The position numbers and the translations under genes were made by a program. The notes beneath the pieces were generated by a model. That model did no database searches and was not told where the DNA came from. It worked only from the letters and a program-made list of their open reading frames with translations. A stretch of 64,000 nucleotides of DNA. Origin: Nannocystis bainbridge (GTDB taxonomy: Bacteria > Myxococcota_A > Polyangia > Nannocystales > Nannocystaceae). The DNA lies in contig NZ_JAQNDL010000001.1 of assembly GCF_028368995.1 (NCBI RefSeq), positions 4,448,001 to 4,512,000 of the forward strand, given 5' to 3'. Within the stretch, counting starts at the first letter, position 1. The number at the start of each line of letters is the position of its first letter. Below, piece by piece: positions 43,734 through 54,286 of this stretch.

Positions 43734-45797
43734 TAGCCCTTTGGCCAGGTTGGCGAGGAAGGCCTCGGCCCGCGAGGCGACGTTGTCGTGGCCGAGGCGC
43801 TCGTCGCGGGCGATGTCGTGGACCTGGATGTCGGCCTCGGGCAGGTCGTCGAGGAAGCGGCTCGGCTTGCGCGGGACCTCGGCGCCGCGCTCGAGCCGGG
43901 TGGCGGCGCGGGTGATGTAGAGGCGGTCGCGTGCGCGGGTGATGCCGACGTAGAACAGCCGCCGCTCCTCCTCGAGGTCACCGGCGATGGCGTCGCTGAT
44001 GCGCGGGGCGCTGACGCGCTTGTGCGGCATGATGCCCTCCTCGCAGCCGATCAGCAGCACGAGCGGCCACTCGAGGCCCTTGGCGCTGTGGAGGGTCGAG
44101 AGGGTGATCTTGCCGCCCGCGCCGTCCTCGTCCTCCTCCTTGTCCTTGCTGGCGTTCATGACCTGGAAGAAGTCGTTGTAGCGGGCCTGGCCGCCCTTGG
44201 CGCGGGCGCGCTGCTCGAACCGGCCGAGCGCCTCGAGCAACCACACGACGCCGTCCCAGCGGGCGGTCGCGGCCGCCTCGGAGCCGGCCTCCTTGAGCAC
44301 GTACTCGCGCAAGCCGACGCCCTCGAGCAGGCCCTGCAGCGGCGCGACCGCGGAGCCGCTGGTGTAGAAGTGCGCCTGGGCGCGCTTGATCGCGGCGGAG
44401 AAGCTGCGCAGGCCGGTGGCCGCGCGGCTCGGGATGTCGGCGATCTCTTCGCTGCGGTGGATCGCCTCGGCGAGCGAGAGGTTGCGGTGGCGCGCGAACT
44501 CGCTGAGGTGCTCGATCGTCTTGAGGCCGACGCCGCGCGAGGGGACGTCGAGCGCGCGCCGGGTCGCGAGGTCGTCCTTGGGCGCGATCATCACCTTGAG
44601 GTAGGCGAGGGCGTCCTTGACCTGCTTCTTGTCGTAAAAGGCCTGGCCGCCGAGGATCCGGTAGGGGAGCCCGTGCTCCTGCAGCAGGGCCTCGATGGCG
44701 TCGCACTGCTTGGCGCTGCGGTAGAGGACGGCGATGTCCTCGGGCTTCATGCCGCGGTCCTTGATCTCGCGATAGATGGTGCGGCCGATGAAGCGCGACT
44801 CCTGCTCGCCGTCCGGGGCGACGACGACGGTGACCTTGTCGCCGCCGCGGCGCTGGGGGACGAGGCTCTTCTCGTGGCGCGAGGTGTTGCGCTGGATGAC
44901 GGCGTTGGCGCAGCGGCAGATCGGGGCGTACGAGCGGTAGTTCTGCTCGAGCTTGATGGTCTGCGCGCGCTTGAAGTACATGTCGAAGCCGAGGATGTTG
45001 GCGACCTTGGCCCCGCGCCAGCCGTAGATGGCCTGGTCGTCGTCGCCGACGACGCACACGTTCTCGCGCTCGCCGGCGAGGCGGCGCACGACCTCGAGCT
45101 GGGCGCGGTTGGTATCCTGGTACTCGTCGACCATCAAGTAGCGGAACTTGGCCTGCCAGTAGGCGCGCGCCTCGGCGTTCTCCTCGAGGGTGGTGGCGAT
45201 CCGGCAGATGAGGTCGTCGAAGTCGACGGCGCCGAGAGCCCGCAGCCGCTCCTCGTAGGGGCCGTAGACGGCGGCGGCGGCCTCGTCGTACTCGGTCTCG
45301 AAGTACAGGCCCTGGGCGTCGGCCGGCGAGACGAAATCGTTCTTCCACAGCGAGACCCGCTGGACGATCGCGCCGAGGTCGAAGCGCCGCTCGGCGCCCT
45401 GACCGGTCAGCCCGAGGTCGCGCAGCACGGCGCGCACGAGCCCGTAGACGTCGCCCTGGTCGAGGATGCCGAACTTCTTCGGCACGCCGAAGTGGTCGGG
45501 CTGCTCGCGCATCATCGCCGCGCCGACGCTGTGGAAGGTGCCGAGCACCAGCGAGTCGGCGATCGCCTTGCCGGTCATCTTGTGCAGCCGCTCGCGCATC
45601 TCGTCGGCGGCCTTGTTGGTGAAGCTGAGCGCGACGATGTTGCCGGGCGGCACGCCGCGCTCGAGCAGGTAGACGACGCGGTGGGTGATGACCCGCGTCT
45701 TGCCGGAGCCGGCGCCCGCGAGCACGAGCAGGGGGCCTTCGGTGGCGCACACCGCGGCGCGCTGTTCGGGGTTCAGTCCGCTGAGATCGAGGGCCAT
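43731..45797 (-). CDS. UvrD/Rep/PcrA-family ATP-dependent DNA helicase
   Basis: LNPEQ, LAGAGSGKT, FTNKAA, VDEYQDTN, VGDDDQAIYGWRGA, LEQNYRS, TLHSAKGLE, EERRLFYVGITRA. Confidence 0.95.
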   Translation of the reverse strand: MALDLSGLNPEQRAAVCATEGPLLVLAGAGSGKTRVITHRVVYLLERGVPPGNIVALSFTNKAADEMRERLHKMTGKAIADSLVLGTFHSVGAAMMREQPDHFGVPKKFGILDQGDVYGLVRAVLRDLGLTGQGAERRFDLGAIVQRVSLWKNDFVSPADAQGLYFETEYDEAAAAVYGPYEERLRALGAVDFDDLICRIATTLEENAEARAYWQAKFRYLMVDEYQDTNRAQLEVVRRLAGERENVCVVGDDDQAIYGWRGAKVANILGFDMYFKRAQTIKLEQNYRSYAPICRCANAVIQRNTSRHEKSLVPQRRGGDKVTVVVAPDGEQESRFIGRTIYREIKDRGMKPEDIAVLYRSAKQCDAIEALLQEHGLPYRILGGQAFYDKKQVKDALAYLKVMIAPKDDLATRRALDVPSRGVGLKTIEHLSEFARHRNLSLAEAIHRSEEIADIPSRAATGLRSFSAAIKRAQAHFYTSGSAVAPLQGLLEGVGLREYVLKEAGSEAAATARWDGVVWLLEALGRFEQRARAKGGQARYNDFFQVMNASKDKEEDEDGAGGKITLSTLHSAKGLEWPLVLLIGCEEGIMPHKRVSAPRISDAIAGDLEEERRLFYVGITRARDRLYITRAATRLERGAEVPRKPSRFLDDLPEADIQVHDIARDERLGHDNVASRAEAFLANLAKGL

Positions 45798-45883
45798 GCG
45801 TCGGAGCGGCGCAGACATACGGCGCATCGGTGGCGCGCCGCAAGGGCTTGAGTCGGAGGCGGCAGATGTGCTCCCCTGCGGGG

Positions 45884-46546
45884 GTGACGGAGCGGTCGGC
45901 GCGGGCGGGAGATGCGCTCGAGATCGTGCAGCTGGAGGTGGGGCTGCTGCAAAACTTCTGCGAGGTGATCGGCTGCCCGCGCACGGGCGAGGCGGCGCTG
46001 GTGGACCCAGCGTTCGAGGTCGACCGGCTGCTGGCGGAGGTCCGCCGGCGAGGCTGGCGAGTGACGACGATCTTCCTCACGCACACGCACGACGATCATG
46101 TGGCAGGCCTCGACGAGGCGGCGGCGCTGACGGGTGCGGTGGTGCGCTGTCACCCGCTCGAGGTGGCGACGGCGCGGCGGCTGGCGCCGCAGGTGCTGGC
46201 GGTGGCCGACGGGGAAGAGGTGGGGCTCGGCGAGGGCCGGGTGCGAGCGATCTTCGCCCCCGGCCACACGCCGGGCTGCGTGTGCTGGTTCGTCGCCGAG
46301 CCGGCGGCGATCGTCACCGGCGACGTGCTGTTCGTCGGCTCGTGCGGGCGCGCGAGCGATGTCGAGGCGATGGTCGATACGCTGCAGCGCAAGCTCGGTG
46401 GATTGCCGGAGGAGACCCGCGTGTTCCCGGGCCATGACTACGGCAAGACGGCCACGAGCACGCTGGGGTACGAGTTCGCGACGAACCCGGCCCTGCGCGC
46501 GGAGACGCCGGCGGCGTTCCGGCGCTGGGCGCAGGGGCGCGGCTGA
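45884..46546 (+). CDS. MBL-fold metallo-hydrolase (glyoxalase II-like)
   Basis: THTHDDH, PGHTPG, TGDVLF, FPGHDYG; start uncertain (45830-45884). Confidence 0.88.
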   Translation: MTERSARAGDALEIVQLEVGLLQNFCEVIGCPRTGEAALVDPAFEVDRLLAEVRRRGWRVTTIFLTHTHDDHVAGLDEAAALTGAVVRCHPLEVATARRLAPQVLAVADGEEVGLGEGRVRAIFAPGHTPGCVCWFVAEPAAIVTGDVLFVGSCGRASDVEAMVDTLQRKLGGLPEETRVFPGHDYGKTATSTLGYEFATNPALRAETPAAFRRWAQGRG

Positions 46547-46549
46547 GGA

Positions 46550-46760
46550 TGTCCTTGAGGACAGGTCGGGCCGGGAGCGAAGCGGCAGGTCGCCTGGGGT
46601 GAGCGCGGGAGGCGTCTCCGTGGGGACGCCTCGGAGGTGGCGACGTGTCCGGGTGTTCGTGGCGAATGGGACATGTTTTATAGGACATGTCCCTTGACTC
46701 GCATCGCGTGACATGTCTCTTTGGGCATGTCTCTTTGGACATGTCGTGAGGGACATGCTC
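46550..46760. repeat. 14-bp unit clusters
   Basis: TGTCCTTGAGGACA at 46550, then GACATG/GGCATG junctions at 14-nt spacing across 46668-46760. Confidence 0.8.
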
Positions 46761-46769
46761 AGAATTCGC

Positions 46770-47618
46770 TCATCCTGGCGCAGGTTGCCAGGGGCCGACA
46801 GTGTCGCCGGGGGGAGGCGGCGCGGCCTCGGGCGTCGGGGTCGCGGAGGGCGTCTCGGGGGTCGAGACGGGCGCGGGCGGCGAGGCGACGGAGCCGGACT
46901 CGGGCGTGAGGACGGGTGTCGGCAGGGTGGGCAGCGAGGAGGGCGGCGAGGCAGGCGCGGGGGCCGGAGCAGGCTTCGGCGGCGGCGGTGCGCGGCCAGG
47001 GATGAGGTCGAAGGAGACGCCGAGGCTGGCGAGGAAGGTGACGAGCACCCGGTCGGCGCCGGCGTCCTCCTGCAAGGTGGTGCGACGCGAGCGCGGGCCG
47101 ATGACGAGGCCGGCCCACAGCTCACCGGCGAGGCGCGGGGTGAGGTACTTGCGGACGCCGCCGCTGACCATGCCGGCGGACCGACCCCACACGTCGCGCC
47201 CGGCCTCCTTGTCGTAAAACGGCGGCCGGTAGGTGCTGGGGCCGAAGGTGGGCACGAACATGTACTCGACGCGGATGAAGGCGAGGCGTGAGTAGACGCC
47301 GAGCCCGAGGCCGATGTCGACGAGGCCCTTGTGGGCGCCATAAGGCCGCGGGCGGACGTTGCCGATGACGGCGCCGCGGGCGTGGAAGAACAGCGGACCG
47401 ACGGCGCGCGCGCGCAGCTCGAGGTTGGCGCCGACGCCGAAGAAGTTGCCGGTGTGCTCGCAGCGCTGGACGCCTTCGCGGGTCTGACAGGCGGCCTCGC
47501 CAGGGGCGTGCGGGCCGAACAGGGCGCCGCCGGCGATCACGAGGCGCGGAGGGGGCGGCGGGGCCTCCGGGGCGGGGACGCCCGCGGCCGCGGCGAGCGC
47601 GAAGATCCAGCAGAGCAT
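46770..47618 (-). CDS. Hypothetical secreted protein, possible small outer-membrane beta-barrel with Pro-rich tail
   Basis: Signal peptide; alternating beta-strand patterns (GVGANLELR, IGLGLGV, LASLGVSFD); C-terminal P/A/T-rich segment. Confidence 0.6.
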   Translation of the reverse strand: MLCWIFALAAAAGVPAPEAPPPPPRLVIAGGALFGPHAPGEAACQTREGVQRCEHTGNFFGVGANLELRARAVGPLFFHARGAVIGNVRPRPYGAHKGLVDIGLGLGVYSRLAFIRVEYMFVPTFGPSTYRPPFYDKEAGRDVWGRSAGMVSGGVRKYLTPRLAGELWAGLVIGPRSRRTTLQEDAGADRVLVTFLASLGVSFDLIPGRAPPPPKPAPAPAPASPPSSLPTLPTPVLTPESGSVASPPAPVSTPETPSATPTPEAAPPPPGDTVGPWQPAPG

Positions 47619-47966
47619 GCGAGGATGGTGCCGGAGGCGAAGGAGGCTGACCAGGGGCGCGGATGTCCCGAAGGACAGGGCGCAGCGAGCGGCCGTCCGG
47701 GACTGGGTTTCGAGAGCGGCGCGCCCAGGGCAGGGGAGGCCTCGGCGGCCGGCTCAGGGCGGTGGGTGGCCGCGCAGGTCCGATCACGGTCGGGTGACCC
47801 GTGGCCTCGCCGCACGCGGCCGCGAGTGCGCCCGGCCTGGTGCACATAGCGAGGTCGGGGGATGCGAGAAGGCGGAGGTGGATGGGGTCGGCAGGCGCGA
47901 GGGGTCGCGGCGGGAGGCGCTTCGACGGGCCGTGACCCGCGTGTTACGCTGGCCGCCGCGGCGCCG

Positions 47967-49442
<1,476 letters not shown>

Positions 49443-49458
49443 GCGGGCGTGAGATTGA

Positions 49459-49556
49459 ACATAGAACATGTTCGATGGGATATGTTCGATGGGACATGCT
49501 CCAGGCGCCATGTTCGTTGGGGCATGTCCATGAAGGCATGTTCAAAGTCACGTGCT
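49459..49556. repeat. 14-bp period array between xdhA and xdhB
   Basis: CATG-type junctions at 49467, 49481, 49495, 49509, 49523, 49537, 49551. Confidence 0.85.
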
Positions 49557-49569
49557 GGGGGGTAGTGCC

Positions 49570-51990
49570 ATGACCGACGTCTCGCAATCGCCGCTGGGGC
49601 GGCCGGCCGTCCACGAGAGCGCGCAGGGGCACGTGACGGGCGCGGCGCGCTACGTCGACGACCTGCCGGCGCCGGCGGGCATGCTGCACGGGCTGCCGGT
49701 CGGCTCGCCGGTGGCGCGCGGGCGGCTGGTGAAGCGGAGCGCGGCGCGGGCGTTGGCGCTGCCGGGGGTGCACGCGGTGCTGTTCGCGGCGGACGTGCCT
49801 GGGCACAACCGGATCGGGCCGATCGTGCACGACGAGCCGCTGCTGGCCGAGGACGAGGTGTTCGCCGAGGGGCAGACGGTCGCGCTGGTGCTCGGCGAGT
49901 CAGTGGCGGCCTGCCGCGCGGGGGCCAAGGCGCTCGAGCTCGAGTTCGAGGAGCTGCCGGCGATCCTGACCATCGCCGACGCGCTGACGGCCGGCTCGTT
50001 CCTGTGCCAGCCGCACGAGATGCGGCGCGGCGACGTGGCGGCGGCGATGGCCCGCGCGGCGGTGATCGTGGCCGGCGAGCTGCACACGGGCGGGCAAGAT
50101 CACTTCTATCTCGAGACCCAGGCGACGCTGGCGATCCCGGGCGAGAACGACTCGATGCACCTCGAGAGCTCGACGCAGCACCCGTCGGAGGTGCAGATCG
50201 CCTGCGGCGAGGTGCTCGGCTGCTCGCGCAATCAGGTGGTGGTGTCGGTGCCGCGCATGGGCGGGGCGTTCGGCGGCAAGGAGTCGCAGGCGTCGCCGTT
50301 CGCGGCCCTGGCGGCGGTGGCGGCCCGGCACACCGGTCGCCCGGTCAAGGTGTGGCTGAGCCGCGACCTCGACATGACGATGACGGGCAAGCGCCACCCG
50401 TTCTGGTCGCGCTACCGCGCCGGCCTCGACGCCCGCGGGCGGCTGCTCGCGCTCGAGGTCGAGATCGTGGCCGACGGCGGCTGGAGCGTCGACCTGAGCC
50501 CGGCGATCCTCGACCGCGGGATGTTCCACCTCGACAACGGCTACTTCGTGCCGAACCTGCACTTCGTCGGCAAGGCGGTACGCACCCACAAGGCCTCGAA
50601 CACGGCCTTCCGCGGGTTCGGGGGGCCGCAGGGCATGGCGGTGATCGAGGAGGTGCTGTCGCGCGCGGGCGAGCGGCTCGGGCTCGACCCGGCGGAGATC
50701 CGTCGCCGCAACTATTATGGCGACTGTCCCGACGAACATGTTCCGGAGAACATGGTCGAAGTGCCAGTCCCGGACGACGAGCAGACCAGCGCCGGGGCGA
50801 GCGTGATCAGCCTGGTGCGGGCGCGCTGCCTGACGCCGTACTACCAGGAGGTCCCGCACTGCCGGCTGCCGCGGATCCACGCCGAGCTGCTGGCGCGCTG
50901 CGACTGGGACGCGCGCCGGGCCGAGATCGCGGCGTGGAACGAGCGCTCGCGCTGGCAAAAGCGCGGGCTCGGCTTCATGCCGGTGAAGTTCGGGATCTCG
51001 TTCACCAACACGATGCTCAACCAGGCCGGGGCGCTGGTGCTGATCTACGCCGACGGCAGCGTGCAGCTGAACCACGGCGGGACGGAGATGGGCCAGGGGC
51101 TGCACACCAAGATGGTGGCGGTGTGCGCCCACGAGCTCGGGGTGAGTCCGGCGCAGATCCGCTGCATGGCGACGGCGACCGACAAGGTGCCCAACACTTC
51201 GGCGACGGCGGCGTCGAGCGGGTCCGACCTCAACGGGATGGCGGTGCGCAACGCGTGCGCGGAGCTGCGGGAGCGGGTGCGGCCGCTGGCGGGCGAGCTG
51301 CTCGCGGCGGCGCCGGAGGCGGTGCAGTTCGTCGGCGGCGCGGCGGTCGGGCCCGACGGGCGCAGGCTGCCGTGGAGCGACCTGGCCAAGGCGGCGTGGA
51401 TGCGGCGGCTGTCGCTCAGCTCGGCCGGCTACTACGCGACGCCCAACATCGCCTACGACCGCATGGCCGGGCGCGGCAAGCCGTTCCACTACTTCGCGTA
51501 CGGGGCGGCGGCGGTCGAGGTGGAGGTCAGCGGGCTGACCGGCGAGCACCGGCTGCTGCGTGTCGACATCCTCCACGACGTCGGCAACTCGCTGCTGCCG
51601 ACGATCGACATCGGCCAGATCGAGGGCGGGTTCATTCAAGGGGTCGGCTGGGTCACCGGTGAGGAGCTGCTTTGGGACGCGAAGGGCCGGCTGCTGACGC
51701 ACGGGCCTTCGACCTACAAGATCCCGGCGATCGGCGACTGCCCCGCGGTCTTCAACGTCGCGCTGCTGGAGCGCGCCGAACAGGACAGCACGATCCACGG
51801 CAGCAAGGCCGTCGGCGAGCCGCCGCTGATGCTCGGCCTCGGGGTGGTCTCGGCGCTGCGCCAGGCGGTGGCGGCGTTCGGCCCCGGTGAGGTCGAGCTG
51901 GGCATCCCCTGCACGCCCGAGGCGATCTTGCGGGCGGTCAGCCGCCAGCGCGCAGGCGCGGTGACGCGGGCGGTCGACGCGGCGGAGTGA
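49570..51990 (+). CDS. xdhB: Xanthine dehydrogenase molybdopterin-binding subunit
   Basis: HESA..HVTG.A.YVDD, QDHFYLE, RMGGAFGGKESQ, AFRGFGGPQG, GGTEMGQGL, ATAASSGSD, SKAVGEPP. Confidence 0.95.
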   Translation: MTDVSQSPLGRPAVHESAQGHVTGAARYVDDLPAPAGMLHGLPVGSPVARGRLVKRSAARALALPGVHAVLFAADVPGHNRIGPIVHDEPLLAEDEVFAEGQTVALVLGESVAACRAGAKALELEFEELPAILTIADALTAGSFLCQPHEMRRGDVAAAMARAAVIVAGELHTGGQDHFYLETQATLAIPGENDSMHLESSTQHPSEVQIACGEVLGCSRNQVVVSVPRMGGAFGGKESQASPFAALAAVAARHTGRPVKVWLSRDLDMTMTGKRHPFWSRYRAGLDARGRLLALEVEIVADGGWSVDLSPAILDRGMFHLDNGYFVPNLHFVGKAVRTHKASNTAFRGFGGPQGMAVIEEVLSRAGERLGLDPAEIRRRNYYGDCPDEHVPENMVEVPVPDDEQTSAGASVISLVRARCLTPYYQEVPHCRLPRIHAELLARCDWDARRAEIAAWNERSRWQKRGLGFMPVKFGISFTNTMLNQAGALVLIYADGSVQLNHGGTEMGQGLHTKMVAVCAHELGVSPAQIRCMATATDKVPNTSATAASSGSDLNGMAVRNACAELRERVRPLAGELLAAAPEAVQFVGGAAVGPDGRRLPWSDLAKAAWMRRLSLSSAGYYATPNIAYDRMAGRGKPFHYFAYGAAAVEVEVSGLTGEHRLLRVDILHDVGNSLLPTIDIGQIEGGFIQGVGWVTGEELLWDAKGRLLTHGPSTYKIPAIGDCPAVFNVALLERAEQDSTIHGSKAVGEPPLMLGLGVVSALRQAVAAFGPGEVELGIPCTPEAILRAVSRQRAGAVTRAVDAAE

Positions 51991-52072
51991 GGGCCCGAGG
52001 CTCGGGCGGCGCTGCCGCCGGGCAGCCGGGCGGTCGTTCAGCCGATCATGGTTGCTCCGGATTCAGGATCTA

Positions 52073-52216
52073 GACATGTCTTCAAGGGCATGTCGTCGAG
52101 AGCATGTCGTCAAGGGCATGTCCCGGACGACATGCTGCTGGGGGCATGTCCTGAGGATGGCCGGTGTCGCCCGGGCTTGCGCGTGACATGTCGCGATGGA
52201 CATGTCCTCAGGGTCA
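52073..52216. repeat. 14-bp period array
   Basis: CATG at 52075, 52089, 52103, 52117, 52131, 52145; last unit TGTCCTCAGGGTCA (52203-52216) contains the stop of the next gene. Confidence 0.88.
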
Positions 52217-54010
52217 CTCGGGCGGCAGCAGCGCGAGGTCGAGGCCGCCCGGGTACCAGTAGCTGCCGTAGTCCATCACGCCGTAGGTGCTGACGCCGAA
52301 CTTCACGTTCGAGCTCATGCTGTGGCCGCCGGTGGCGGTGTCCGGCAGCTCGAGGTGGGCCATCGAGTAGCCGGCGCCGATCGGCTTGAAGCCGGTGACC
52401 ATCGCGCCGTCGACGGTGATCGTCGCGCCGTCGGGGGCGATGATGTCGGCGAAGTTCTGGACCCACAGCTTGTTGGCGTAGACGATGTAGTTGTCGCGGT
52501 ACTGCAGGATGGGGACCGCCTGGACCATCGCGGGGTCGCTGGTGCCGTAGCCGGCCTCCTGGCTGACCATGTACTGGACGACGAGGACGCGCTTGTCGGC
52601 GTCGACCTTGAAGCGGGCCACGGAGGTGGCGATCTCGATGAACTCGCCGGCCTTGGCGATCTTCTTGGCCGCGTTCTGATCGGGGGTGTAGACGAGGTTG
52701 GTGTCGTCCTCGGCGGCGATGATGCGGACGAAGGTGGCCTTCTCGAGGGCGTTGTCGGGGGTCTGGACCGGCGGGCCGACGAAGTACTCGCCAGACAGGG
52801 TCTCGAGCGGGAACAGCGACTCCTCGAGGTGATCGCAGGCGACGACGCCGATCGGGACCTGGGTGCATTCGTGGCCGCCGATGACCTGGACGGGCTTGTC
52901 GGCGTGCACGAACGAGCCGGTGAGGTCGCCGCCGGCCGCGCTGTAGACGGTGAGCACGTCGCCGGTGTTGAGCAGGGCCATGCCGCTGCCCTTGGCATCG
53001 ACGCCGCCGCCGGCCTGGGTGTTGGTGCCGCCGGGCGGACCCTGCAGCTTGACGATGGTGTTGTCGCGGCTGGCGACGACCGAGTAGAAGCCAGGCAGCA
53101 GGTAGTCGTCCCAGTACTGCCAGGAGGCGACCACGTAGTTGCCGGTCCAGGTGTTGACGGGGAGCAGCAGCGAGGCGTCGTTCGACTGGGACGCGTTGAG
53201 CGGCATGAACTGGTAGACGGTGACGGGCTTGGTGGCGCGCAGGCGGTAGGCGCCCTTCTTGGCGTGCTTGGTCGGACCTGAGCCCTGGATCAGCTCGGGC
53301 ACGAACGGCAAGGTGATGACCTTGACGTCCTCGGCCGGCACGGTGACCTGGGCGACGAGCTCGTCGCCGCGGGTGATGGTCACCATGGCGGTGGCTTCGG
53401 CGGCGTTGGAGATGGCGACCGCGAACGGGTTGTTGAGGTCGAAGATGTCGTACTGCTGGGTGACGGTCGGGTAGTACTCGCAGCCGATGTAACTGAGGCT
53501 GCCGAGCTTGGCGCAGGCGCCGACGCAGCCGCCGCCCTGGCCGTCGCAGCTGAGGCCGAGCAGCGGGTCGCAGTACTGGCCGGGCTCGTAGGCGGTGCCC
53601 TCGGTGTTGCAGACGAGCTCGTCCTGGCCGTCGCACTGCTTGGTGCCAGGCACACAGTCGACGCAGCCGATCCCGGGGGCGCAGGCGCTGGAGCACGCGG
53701 TCTCGTCGCTGAACCCGCCCATGCCGTCGCACACCTGCGCGAGGTCGCCAGCGCACACGATCTGGCCCTGGGGACACGGACCGGGCGGCGTGGTCGTCGG
53801 TTCGCTCGCGGTCGAATCACTCGTGCCGGTCGCGCTCGAGGTGGTCGGCTCGCCGCTGGTGACGTCGCTCGTCGGCGGCTCGCCGGTGGTGCTGCTGGTC
53901 CCCGGCGCGGTCGCGCTGGTGGGGTTGGCGCTGCCTGTCACCTGACCTGTGCTGTCGCCGCAGGCCGCGAGCACGAGGGCGAGGGGCACACACGAGAGAG
54001 AGCGGACCAT
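52214..54010 (-). CDS. IgGFc-binding-protein N-terminal-domain lipoprotein
   Basis: Lipobox LVLAAC, Thr-rich stalk, Cys-rich repeats, SYIGCEY, SNDASLLLP, GDLTGS, CDHLEE, GSYWYPGG. Confidence 0.82.
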   Translation of the reverse strand: MVRSLSCVPLALVLAACGDSTGQVTGSANPTSATAPGTSSTTGEPPTSDVTSGEPTTSSATGTSDSTASEPTTTPPGPCPQGQIVCAGDLAQVCDGMGGFSDETACSSACAPGIGCVDCVPGTKQCDGQDELVCNTEGTAYEPGQYCDPLLGLSCDGQGGGCVGACAKLGSLSYIGCEYYPTVTQQYDIFDLNNPFAVAISNAAEATAMVTITRGDELVAQVTVPAEDVKVITLPFVPELIQGSGPTKHAKKGAYRLRATKPVTVYQFMPLNASQSNDASLLLPVNTWTGNYVVASWQYWDDYLLPGFYSVVASRDNTIVKLQGPPGGTNTQAGGGVDAKGSGMALLNTGDVLTVYSAAGGDLTGSFVHADKPVQVIGGHECTQVPIGVVACDHLEESLFPLETLSGEYFVGPPVQTPDNALEKATFVRIIAAEDDTNLVYTPDQNAAKKIAKAGEFIEIATSVARFKVDADKRVLVVQYMVSQEAGYGTSDPAMVQAVPILQYRDNYIVYANKLWVQNFADIIAPDGATITVDGAMVTGFKPIGAGYSMAHLELPDTATGGHSMSSNVKFGVSTYGVMDYGSYWYPGGLDLALLPPE

Positions 54011-54286
54011 GCACGCATGGTAGGAGGCCGGACCGCCAGGGCCCCGGCGAGAGGCCGTGAGTTACGGAGGGAGGTCGAGGCGACATGTCCTTTGGGCAAG
54101 GTGGATCGGCGGGCTTCGACAGGGGCAGCGGCGCCGATCCTGGCGGAGGGCGAGATCGCGCAAACGCGTTCACGGTGCTGGCGCACGCCCGGCGCGGCCG
54201 TCTGCGCGTGGCGACATCCGTCGAGCCACCGCGGGCGAAGCCCGGGGGTTCGCTGTCCCGCGGGACAGGTTCATATTTTAGAAGAA

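Noticed and set aside
52073-52150. Junction sequence GGACATGTCC equals the eukaryotic p53 half-site RRRCWWGYYY
   Set aside because: Isolated copies show the real unit is TGTCC-N4-GGACA; the p53-like decamer only arises where units abut, so it is treated as coincidence
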